Made by a program: the position numbers and the translations under genes. Positions 9,341-17,703 of a stretch of 32,000 nt of DNA are shown here, piece by piece. This DNA comes from an archaeon. Lineage in GTDB: Archaea; Asgardarchaeota; Thorarchaeia; Thorarchaeales; Thorarchaeaceae. How positions within the stretch are numbered: the first letter of the stretch is position 1; each line of letters starts with the position of its first letter. The notes under the pieces are model-generated. The model saw nothing but the letters and a program-made list of their open reading frames with translations, did not search any database and had not been told where the DNA came from. The DNA is taken from positions 30,001-62,000 of the forward strand of contig JAJRZD010000005.1 of assembly GCA_024275415.1 (NCBI GenBank), written 5' to 3'.

Positions 9341-10246
9341 ATGGTCGCGACGAAAGATATGCCATTAAAAGAGTACGTGTTGAAAGGCAATGCAGCCTGT
9401 GCAGGCTGTCAAGACATGGTCGCATTACGACATGCACACAAGGCCCTTGAGGGTGATGTCATTCAGGTTGTCCCTGCTTGCTGCACAAGTGTTGTTCAAT
9501 CTCTTTGGCCAAAATCAGGACTTGGAATCCCCGTGCTCAACACTGCATTCATGGCTGCTGCTGCAACTGCGTCCGGTGTTCGAGCAGCGTTGAAGGCGAA
9601 AGGTCGAGACCACACAACAGTCATGGTCTGGGCTGGGGATGGAGGAACCTTTGATATTGGTCTTCAGGCTCTTAGCGGGGCTTTTGAACGAAGAACCGAT
9701 TTCCTTTATGTTTGCTACAACAATCAGGTCTACAGCAATACGGGAACGCAGCGTTCTGGAGCAACACCCCTTCATGCAGCCACAACTACTACTTGGTTTG
9801 GCAAGACCGAGCCTGAGAAGATGCTTGACCTGATAGTAGCAGCTCACGAACCAGCATATCAGGCAACAGCCAACACCTCTTATCCACGAGACCTGTATGA
9901 TAAGGTCAAGAGGGCCAAGGAAATTGAAGGCCCAAAGTTCCTTCATATTTTCCTACCGTGTCCACAGGCTTGGAACTATCCCGTGGAGAAGGGTGTCGAG
10001 ATTGGGAAGCTCGCAGTTGAAACCGGCTACTGGATCCAGTGGGAACGCATCGGTGACGAGTTCAAGCTGGGTCGGGAGAGCAAGAGGTTCCAAGACCCCG
10101 AGAAACGCAAACCAATTGAGGAGTTCCTCAAGTTACAGGGCAGATTCTCTCATCTCTTCAAACCGACAAAGGATGAGAAGAAGATACAGGAACTTCAGGA
10201 TTACGTCCAACATCGTTGGGATGTAATTATGAGGACCTTCACATAG
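9341..10246 (+). CDS. porB: Pyruvate/2-oxoacid:ferredoxin oxidoreductase beta subunit (TPP-binding)
   Basis: ACAGC, PACC, TPP motif AGDGGTFDIGLQALSG...NNQVYSNTG.Q.S..TP, PCP. AGGAG precedes ATG 9341; ATG 9335 is an alternative start. Confidence 0.95.
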   Translation: MVATKDMPLKEYVLKGNAACAGCQDMVALRHAHKALEGDVIQVVPACCTSVVQSLWPKSGLGIPVLNTAFMAAAATASGVRAALKAKGRDHTTVMVWAGDGGTFDIGLQALSGAFERRTDFLYVCYNNQVYSNTGTQRSGATPLHAATTTTWFGKTEPEKMLDLIVAAHEPAYQATANTSYPRDLYDKVKRAKEIEGPKFLHIFLPCPQAWNYPVEKGVEIGKLAVETGYWIQWERIGDEFKLGRESKRFQDPEKRKPIEEFLKLQGRFSHLFKPTKDEKKIQELQDYVQHRWDVIMRTFT

Positions 10247-10388
10247 GACAACAGGAATGGGCGACACGTTCGCCCTCTCAACTTATTTCCCCGAATTTCC
10301 ATCAAAACGACTCTATTTCCCCATCTTTTGTAGGCTTAACACATAATGGTCAACCTAAAAAGGGGGTAGGTATTGATATTCGTTACCG

Positions 10389-11657
10389 ATGCCGATCACA
10401 GACTTTCCAGTAGTGCTTCAGATCAAAGACCCGCTGCATGGTTATATTGGTGTTTCAGAGATTGAGAAGAAGATCATTGACCTGCGACTAACACAAAGGC
10501 TCCGAAATATCCGTTCTCCTGCAGGAACACATCTTGTATTCCCTGGTGTTGACACCTCGGTGATGGGACGAATGTTTGGTGTCATGTACGTGACTGAGGT
10601 CTTTGTGGAGCATCTTGACGGCTCGCTTGAGGAAGTGGAGAAAGCTCGGCTTGCATCAATGATGTTCATCTTGTCATTTGGCCCTTGGTCTAATGTGATG
10701 GAGGAATACCTGACCACGCGAGGTGATGACAGACGGCGGATGGCAACTCTCATTGCAGAAATAGGTCCTGTTGCCGACATCCTCAATGATAGCAGTTATT
10801 CTGTTACAGAGATAAAGAACCTTATCACAAAAGGAGTACCGATAAAGGGAATCAGAGTAGACCTTCTTACCACCCCTATCAATCCCGAGCTGGTCGACAA
10901 CCTCGAACGCGATGCCTATTTTGCAGGCGTTGAATACGCGCAACTTGAGTTCCGTCGCCTCTTCGATGCGACAAGGATCGCAAAGAACAAGATGGCATTC
11001 CAGAGGGGCGCAATGTACACTCTGGACTCGTACTTGAGCGCTAGTGGTAACATGTTTGATGCGGTGTATTATCACAAGACTGCCCGTGCTGCAGAATTGA
11101 TGTTGTTGAGGATGCTAGATGAGGCTGGCTCCAATTTCATCCCATTCCCCGGAAATGACCTAGAGGGTTTCATGTTTTGTGATGACCTGACATCACACGA
11201 CATCCTACTCTCGGTACAACCAGAAGACCCGGAGAACATGCGGACTGCCCAACGTCTATTCATCGACTACAGAAAACGAAACCTGATAAAGCTTGCAAGT
11301 GCTAGGACTATCGCAAATGAGGAGTTCTTAGCGGGATTGAAGACAGCAGACGGGCTATTCTCTGTGGAGAACGAGATAGCAGAGATGGCGGGCATAGACC
11401 CTCAGAACGTCTTCATTGACTACCCTGACCGTCTTTCTGTCGCGTACTATCCGGGCAGGCATAACATGGACGATTTGGTGTTTTATGAACGTGGGTCGGG
11501 AGGATACGAGTTCTGGCCAGTTGATGATCTAAGCGAGATGGCCCGCGCATTCAAACGAAAACTGAAGACCATCAGAGTCTATACGACTCGTGGATATCGC
11601 AGCAAGGTTCGGAAAGTTGCGGACGAGTTTCTAAAGAATGTTGATGAGCCCATGTAG
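10389..11657 (+). CDS. HD-superfamily dNTP triphosphohydrolase (COG1078/SAMHD1-like) homolog with degenerate active site
   Basis: Scaffold motifs IKDPLHGYI, QRLRNI, LVFPG, DNLERDAYFAG and VYYHKTARAAE are present. The H...HD...D metal ligands are replaced (see findings). Confidence 0.85.
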   Translation: MPITDFPVVLQIKDPLHGYIGVSEIEKKIIDLRLTQRLRNIRSPAGTHLVFPGVDTSVMGRMFGVMYVTEVFVEHLDGSLEEVEKARLASMMFILSFGPWSNVMEEYLTTRGDDRRRMATLIAEIGPVADILNDSSYSVTEIKNLITKGVPIKGIRVDLLTTPINPELVDNLERDAYFAGVEYAQLEFRRLFDATRIAKNKMAFQRGAMYTLDSYLSASGNMFDAVYYHKTARAAELMLLRMLDEAGSNFIPFPGNDLEGFMFCDDLTSHDILLSVQPEDPENMRTAQRLFIDYRKRNLIKLASARTIANEEFLAGLKTADGLFSVENEIAEMAGIDPQNVFIDYPDRLSVAYYPGRHNMDDLVFYERGSGGYEFWPVDDLSEMARAFKRKLKTIRVYTTRGYRSKVRKVADEFLKNVDEPM

Positions 11658-11726
11658 ACACATTGATTTCTCAGAGCCACAGAGTCTTTAAGCAATGTTT
11701 TGTTACCTCGAAGTGAGGTAAGTGCG

Positions 11727-12182
11727 TTGGGAATTGATTCAACAGTTGGACAGATTCAGAGAGACCCGAATTTCGGGATGATTCTTATTGGTGCATTGCT
11801 ATGGCTTGCAGGGTTATATCCTATACCTCTCGTGGCACCATTCCTCTTGACAATTGGCTTTGGCGTTGTTTGTACATCAGCCGCCATTACATCCTTGCAG
11901 CGCCCTACCGAGAATGCAGCCTTTGGATTGCTCCTCGGAGGTATTATTCAGGTCATAGGATACTATCTTCTTTACATCCCCCTTATCGGATGGCTCATCG
12001 CTCCGTTTCCCATAGTCCTTGGGAGTGTTCTCATCATCTATTTCGCTATCCCCTTGGCGATTAAGACAGGGAAAGTCCCGTTCGTCGAGGAGATACAAAA
12101 GAAGATACGAAAAGATAAGGATGGAATCGAGCCTGTTTCTGATTCAGAAGATACATCCGACCAAGACAATCCTAGTTCGTGA
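11727..12182 (+). CDS. Small membrane protein, about 4 TM helices, acidic C-tail
   Basis: Four hydrophobic segments. The track start is TTG 11700; TTG 11727 has GAGGT 7 nt upstream and is preferred. Confidence 0.7.
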   Translation: MGIDSTVGQIQRDPNFGMILIGALLWLAGLYPIPLVAPFLLTIGFGVVCTSAAITSLQRPTENAAFGLLLGGIIQVIGYYLLYIPLIGWLIAPFPIVLGSVLIIYFAIPLAIKTGKVPFVEEIQKKIRKDKDGIEPVSDSEDTSDQDNPSS

Positions 12183-12269
12183 TCCGTTCGACCACCTCAT
12201 ACCCACATTCGCCGAACTTTCATAAGGCTCCTATCATACTCACTGGTGTAAATCAATAGGTGATGATCA

Positions 12270-14546
12270 TTGTTCTCTTGTGGCAAATGTGGGCTCCCCC
12301 TGTTCATCCGTTCAGCATCTCTAAAAGATATGATCCTCAATCTGGATGTGCAGTGTCTGCAGGGACACAAGGGTGTACGCCGAATTGCAGAGCACCAAGT
12401 GGAGGAAGTTGCCCAAGAGATCTTTCGACGGCTCTACACTTGCATCGATTGTGGGTCTAACATGATGATGGTGGGAACTGAAACGCACAAGGGGTCGACC
12501 GAGGGGCTTTTCATCTGTCCAAACCATGGAGCGGAACGGAGAGAGTTCCCTGCACAATTCCTCGGTCATGTCACTCTTGCTGGCTCAGAGGTCAACCCTA
12601 ACACTTCCATCCGAAACTCGTTCAGATGTGATGAGTGCGGTCTAATCTATTCCATCACGGACATCCAAGAGAAAGGAGGCATTCTTGAAGCATCCGTCAA
12701 GTGCGCGAATGGACACAAGGACACGAAATACCTAGCGCCTCACATGGATGAAGGGCTATTGAAATCAATATTGCAACGCATCGCCCACTGCGACAGATGT
12801 GGACTCCCAGGACACCTTTCTGGAGTCGAAGAGCGCAAGAGAAACAGTCGGTTGCATGTGGTCTGCCCCACTCATGGTGTGACAAAGAAACAGGTTCCAA
12901 CCGAGTTCATTGGGAAGATACAGGAATCTGTTGCTGAGATACCTGAAGATGCAGTGATCAGGGCCATGCTGACCTCTTCCAAATGTGAGCGACCACTGGT
13001 GATACGCGAGATCGAGGAGGCACCAAATGGTTACAAGTTCAAGACCCTCTGTCCAGGCCATGGCAATACAGGTGATTTCGTGACACCTGTGGACTGGAGG
13101 GAACGGAATCGCAGGCTCATCACACAGTCCACATTGTCATGCAACGAGTGTGGCTTGCAGACCCAGATACTGGACGCTCGCAAGAAAAAGAAAGGGACTC
13201 AGTTCAGAGTAGTCTGTCCTACTCACGGAGTTATGTTAAGGAATGCACCACACGATGTGTACAGCATCATTGAGGAAACCTCTCATCATCTCGACAAGCT
13301 TCCGTCGCTGATACGGAGTTTGACCTGTGAGAAATGTGGCATCCCGTTGAGCCTCCGTGATGTCGAAACGAAGCGAGGGATTGTCGAATTCGACATGGAC
13401 TGTCGAAATGGGCATAAGACAAAGCGTTTTCTTGCCCCTGATATCAATCAGGCCACACTTGTCGGACTCTACAAGAATCTCTACAAATGTCCTGAATGTT
13501 ATGATCCTGTAGATCTGGTCTATACAAAACCCGAAGGACGTGAAACCCGAGTGGTGCTTCTCTGTCCTCTTCACGGGAAGCAGGTATTGGATGTCCCGGA
13601 TGATCACGCTGAAGCAATGCAGCTTGCCTATGATGAGATAAAGGCGGATCGCCTGAAGCCGCGGATAGAAGCCGTTCATGAGGAACCAGAAGCGGAGTTA
13701 GAGTCATCATCGGAATCTTTGGAGTCCTCATCCAAGGAAGTGCATATAGCACGAGGCTGTGAAGTGGTTGGTGGGAAGTTCGATTTCAAGGTGAAAGTGA
13801 CCAACACTACTGGTTTTGTTATCACGAACGTGACAGTGAGTATCGTTGCCTATCCACAGGACTGCATGGAACTGGGTGGTGAGAGTTCCAAGACAATCTC
13901 GAGGATTGAAGTAGGCGGATTTCGCAGTCCGCTTTTCACATTCTATCCCACTAAAGATTGCGTCCAGGGGAAGGTAGTTGCTACCGTTTCCTATATCGAT
14001 TTCAGAGATCAGCTTCATACGTTGCAGGTCGAACCTTATCTGATACGCTCTGTCTGTGACCTGTTGAAACCGACCAAAGCCACCTCTCAACAGTTCGACC
14101 TCATCCTTGGAAACCTGACCAAGGCTGGTGAGGAACAGATACTAGAGTGGAACCCTCGGATACTCTTCACCAAGGCCGAGAAGCTGCTTCCCGTAAAGAA
14201 TTTCCATATTATCGATACGGACGAGAAGGTTCTCTCTGGTCACTTTATTGGAACCATTCGTGGGTTCGCTGAGGGGAAATACACAGGCAAGAAGGTTGCG
14301 GTCATATTCCTCATCTCTGGCCCCGAGAACGGACGTACAGCCACAGTCAAGATGGAGGCACTGGGTGAGGACATCGCGATGCTTCCGACAACCATTGACG
14401 AACTCTCAGAAACAATTGACTCGTGGATTTGCCTGCGATGTGGAGCCCCGTTGGATCCGGAGCAGGTCGAGGATCTAGGATTGCGAAAACCAATCCGGTG
14501 CAAGTATTGTTCTCATACTCTGACTTTGGGATTATATCTCATGTGA
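12270..14546 (+). CDS. Eight tandem CxxC-x21-C-x2/3-H zinc fingers + acidic/Ser linker + coatomer/adaptin-type appendage (beta-sandwich + platform) + C-terminal C4 zinc ribbon
   Basis: TTG start with GGTGA 6 nt upstream and an in-frame stop just before it. Repeats were counted by hand. Appendage similarity is detailed in findings. The C-terminus is CLRCGAPL...IRCKYCS. Confidence 0.88.
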   Translation: MFSCGKCGLPLFIRSASLKDMILNLDVQCLQGHKGVRRIAEHQVEEVAQEIFRRLYTCIDCGSNMMMVGTETHKGSTEGLFICPNHGAERREFPAQFLGHVTLAGSEVNPNTSIRNSFRCDECGLIYSITDIQEKGGILEASVKCANGHKDTKYLAPHMDEGLLKSILQRIAHCDRCGLPGHLSGVEERKRNSRLHVVCPTHGVTKKQVPTEFIGKIQESVAEIPEDAVIRAMLTSSKCERPLVIREIEEAPNGYKFKTLCPGHGNTGDFVTPVDWRERNRRLITQSTLSCNECGLQTQILDARKKKKGTQFRVVCPTHGVMLRNAPHDVYSIIEETSHHLDKLPSLIRSLTCEKCGIPLSLRDVETKRGIVEFDMDCRNGHKTKRFLAPDINQATLVGLYKNLYKCPECYDPVDLVYTKPEGRETRVVLLCPLHGKQVLDVPDDHAEAMQLAYDEIKADRLKPRIEAVHEEPEAELESSSESLESSSKEVHIARGCEVVGGKFDFKVKVTNTTGFVITNVTVSIVAYPQDCMELGGESSKTISRIEVGGFRSPLFTFYPTKDCVQGKVVATVSYIDFRDQLHTLQVEPYLIRSVCDLLKPTKATSQQFDLILGNLTKAGEEQILEWNPRILFTKAEKLLPVKNFHIIDTDEKVLSGHFIGTIRGFAEGKYTGKKVAVIFLISGPENGRTATVKMEALGEDIAMLPTTIDELSETIDSWICLRCGAPLDPEQVEDLGLRKPIRCKYCSHTLTLGLYLM

Positions 14547-14552
14547 TTTGCA

Positions 14553-15116
14553 TTATTCCTTCCAAGTCACATTGGTTCTCTCACGAGCATGGAGATGTGT
14601 GAGCACTCTATCAATTAATCCATCAATCAGTCCTTCAATCGTAGTAGGCTTGTGCCAGAATGCAGGTGATGCAGGGAACACTGTCGCTCCTGCTGCCGTG
14701 ACGACTTCCATATTCTTGATGTGAATAAGATTCATCGGTGTTTCTCGCACAAGAAGCACCAGCGGTTTCTTTTCTTTCAGGCTACAATCAGCCGCTCTGG
14801 AAATCAGGTTGTCTGCATAGCCGTTAGCGATTCCTGCCAAGGTCTTCATCGAACATGGTGCAATGATCATCGAATCAAGATGAAAGCTACCGCTTGCAGG
14901 GCCCGCAGCCAAGTCGTCCTCGTCATATGTGACATCTACCTTCATTGCCAAGTCCTCAGATGTCATCCCTACCTCATGCTCAAGGGTCTTCTTTCCCCAT
15001 TTGCTTATGATAAGGTGAACTTCGTGGCCGAGATCCTTTAACATGTTGATGGTTCTCACACCATAGATTGCCCCGCTTGCGCCAGTGAGGCATACCAGTA
15101 TTCTCTTTGCACTCAT
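14553..15116 (-). CDS. ubiX: Flavin prenyltransferase
   Basis: TGASGAIYG, ASGSF, IAPCSMKTLAGIANG, LISRAAD..LKE, RETP, PASPAFWHKP. Confidence 0.97.
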   Translation of the reverse strand: MSAKRILVCLTGASGAIYGVRTINMLKDLGHEVHLIISKWGKKTLEHEVGMTSEDLAMKVDVTYDEDDLAAGPASGSFHLDSMIIAPCSMKTLAGIANGYADNLISRAADCSLKEKKPLVLLVRETPMNLIHIKNMEVVTAAGATVFPASPAFWHKPTTIEGLIDGLIDRVLTHLHARERTNVTWKE

Positions 15117-15185
15117 GTGATTGCACGCTCTTGTGACTCAAACGTCCTTGTTCAGAACTGTTATGTTCTTTCCGGAAGGCTCTCA

Positions 15186-17027
15186 TCATGCTAGAATGCT
15201 TAGTACAAGATATGCGATGAATGCCAATCCCCCTGCGATGATTCCTGTCCTCTTCGCAATCTTTGCAGCTTCTGCGACATCCTGTGTCAGCACATCGAAT
15301 CCTTTCTCTCCAAATGTTCTGATCCCCTTTGCTTCGCCGAATGCCAGACCGACCTCGCATTGTGTGAGGTTCTCTTCAGCTCTTGATGTCGCTTGCTTGA
15401 TTGACTCTAATATCTCATCGGGCTTGTATTGTCCCACTGGAGGGTATCCCTTGCTTGATAGGGAAATGGCATTTACGACATGCGTATCGGTAGTAGTCAC
15501 TTCAGCTGTATCGAAACCCATTGACAGAAGGGTTTCCTGAATTCTTTCCCTATATCCTGGCTCGACATTGTTTCCGTCTATGGACACTAGTGCATTCCTT
15601 ACACTGTTGACTTCTAAGATGATTACCGTTATGCCTCCAGGCCCCATCCCTTCCTTTGAGGCGATGTAATCAGGGACGATCTGATGGACTCCTATCGCCA
15701 CTTTCCCTCTCGGATTTCCGAAATTGGATGCTATCGCATCTTTGACTGCCTCGATGTAAGACTCCTCATCAGGATCGCCTGACATAAGGGATACCGCGTC
15801 GTGGTCAATGCAGTTATGTGCGTCTGACAGCGCGACATAGCGTATTCCTGGGGCACTTTCCCGAGCTGTTTCAGCTGCTGCCCTTCCTACCTCAAGCGAT
15901 ATGTCGTCGGTGAACTCTGGGGCACTTGTTGTGATTGCCAGTACATCCTCTCCTACAAAGAATGTCCATACCTTGAATTTCCCATGGTCTGACCAATGAA
16001 GCCCAGATGCTATCTCATGGACTTCAGCACTGCCAATGAGATTATCGATTTCATCGAAAACAATCCGATAGTCCTCCTTGTTCGTCAGGTTCTGGTGATG
16101 TGTGCAGCTACCATGCAGGATAAACGCCTGAACACCATATTTCGTCTTGATGTGCCGGATGATCTCTGAAGGAAGTCCGCTACTACCTATGTCCCTGAAT
16201 GGTCCAGGGTGCACATAAAGAATCACCCCAACGCTGATGAGAGTTTCACCTGACCTGAACACGATAAGTTCCATTGGCACATCTTGTACGACACTTATCT
16301 CCGTGAGTAGGGTTTCCAAGGGTTCTGGATTCTCGACAAGATAGTCATACCCGAATGCCCGTAACAATGCGGGTCCATTTATGCCCAAGTCTCGTTCAAA
16401 TGGCATGCTTACTGATTTGAATATGTGATGGACTGCAATCCCACCGATTACTATTACCACGACAAAGATGATGACCCAGTAATCAGAGAGCGTCAATATC
16501 ATCACGCCCATTGAGGAGAGTGTGCTGATTATAATGGTCCAGACTAATGCGGGCATCATCGCAGCAACAAGATTCCGCACAGGGTGATAGTCACTCAACC
16601 CAGTGACGAGGAATGCAAAGGCAAGATATCCTAGCCCCATCCCAAGAGTCCAGAATTTGACTTCAATATTGGTGGCGAGAATGAAATCAATGATGCCTCC
16701 TAATGTGCCCAAGGAATACCAGAAGATGATGCCGAACTGAACAGACCCCAATGTCCTTCTTGCATCGAGAGGAGACCCTTCTTTTCTGACCAAAGCATAG
16801 AGAATGCCTGACCCTAAGAATGTGGTCACAATCAGCACAACCACATAATAGAAGAATGTTAAGAGTGATTGGCCGGATCCATTCACGATGAATTCCAATA
16901 TTGCTAATATCGATGATGACACCAACGCCATCGCGACCATTCGAATGATGATGCCTCTATAGGTCGGCAGTTGCCAGACCTTGGAATATAGCTTGACCGT
17001 TTCTTTTACTTTGGCTTGCTCGCCCAT
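15186..17027 (-). CDS. DUF2070-family membrane protein (N-terminal TM bundle plus neutral-ceramidase-like domain)
   Basis: About 6 TM helices, then YVHPGPFRDIGSS.LP, HGSCTHHQN, DAHNC, DGNNV.PG.R and TTDTH.VN. ATG 17027 is preferred to TTG 17033. Confidence 0.85.
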   Translation of the reverse strand: MGEQAKVKETVKLYSKVWQLPTYRGIIIRMVAMALVSSSILAILEFIVNGSGQSLLTFFYYVVVLIVTTFLGSGILYALVRKEGSPLDARRTLGSVQFGIIFWYSLGTLGGIIDFILATNIEVKFWTLGMGLGYLAFAFLVTGLSDYHPVRNLVAAMMPALVWTIIISTLSSMGVMILTLSDYWVIIFVVVIVIGGIAVHHIFKSVSMPFERDLGINGPALLRAFGYDYLVENPEPLETLLTEISVVQDVPMELIVFRSGETLISVGVILYVHPGPFRDIGSSGLPSEIIRHIKTKYGVQAFILHGSCTHHQNLTNKEDYRIVFDEIDNLIGSAEVHEIASGLHWSDHGKFKVWTFFVGEDVLAITTSAPEFTDDISLEVGRAAAETARESAPGIRYVALSDAHNCIDHDAVSLMSGDPDEESYIEAVKDAIASNFGNPRGKVAIGVHQIVPDYIASKEGMGPGGITVIILEVNSVRNALVSIDGNNVEPGYRERIQETLLSMGFDTAEVTTTDTHVVNAISLSSKGYPPVGQYKPDEILESIKQATSRAEENLTQCEVGLAFGEAKGIRTFGEKGFDVLTQDVAEAAKIAKRTGIIAGGLAFIAYLVLSILA

Positions 17028-17106
17028 CGACAACCCTCTCGGATTGCCCTAGTCGGGCACCTGAATCTTATCAAACTTACCATCTGTAAGTCCCCTCACC
17101 AGAATA

Positions 17107-17137
17107 TTTATATCACATTCGATAATCGCATTCGATA
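17107..17137 (+). promoter_or_regulatory. TATA box (TTTATAT) followed by two tandem imperfect palindromes; candidate PadR operator
   Basis: TATCA-CATT-CGATA (17111-17124) and AATCG-CATT-CGATA (17124-17137). The 9-mer CATTCGATA repeats with 13-nt period and ends 23 nt before the PadR ATG. Confidence 0.55.
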
Positions 17138-17160
17138 TTAGATGTCCATGAGCTGATATA

Positions 17161-17703
17161 ATGCCCTCTGACAAAGCCCCTCACGAAGAATGTCCCGATA
17201 TGCGGATGCCTCATTCCATGCCTAGAGGGTTCCTTCGGTTGGTTCTCCTTGGACTACTAAAGGGGCGAGAGTTGTCAGGGATGGACATTATGAGAATTCT
17301 TGCAGAACGTACAGATGGTATATGGCAGCCCAGCCCGGGTTCGATCTATCCATTGCTTGCGTCCTTGGAAGATAATGGGGCGATTGAAGTGGCAAGGACA
17401 GAAGGTCGCTCAAAGATATACCGGCTGTCAAAGCAAGGTTTGGGACAACTACGTGCTGCTTTCAAGAAGAAGGGAGCTCTGAGCGAGAAGGCCAATATGG
17501 GGCCCAGGTTATGGGAGAAGCTCCTAGACCCCGTTGAAAGGGCCCGCTTCAATGTAATGGTTTTCACACACCATCTGAGCTCATTGGAAAGCATCCTTGA
17601 CCGACTTACCACTCGACAGAAGCAGAAGCTGTTGAGTCATCTGGAACAGATGTCGGATCACCTAACAACCATCATTGAACATCTTAAGAAGGAGAATCAA
17701 TAG
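17161..17703 (+). CDS. PadR-family transcriptional regulator
   Basis: LRLVLLGLLK...SGMDIM...WQPSPGSIYPLLASLE..G...KIYRLS.QG. Its stop abuts the ABC start at 17704. Confidence 0.92.
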   Translation: MPSDKAPHEECPDMRMPHSMPRGFLRLVLLGLLKGRELSGMDIMRILAERTDGIWQPSPGSIYPLLASLEDNGAIEVARTEGRSKIYRLSKQGLGQLRAAFKKKGALSEKANMGPRLWEKLLDPVERARFNVMVFTHHLSSLESILDRLTTRQKQKLLSHLEQMSDHLTTIIEHLKKENQ

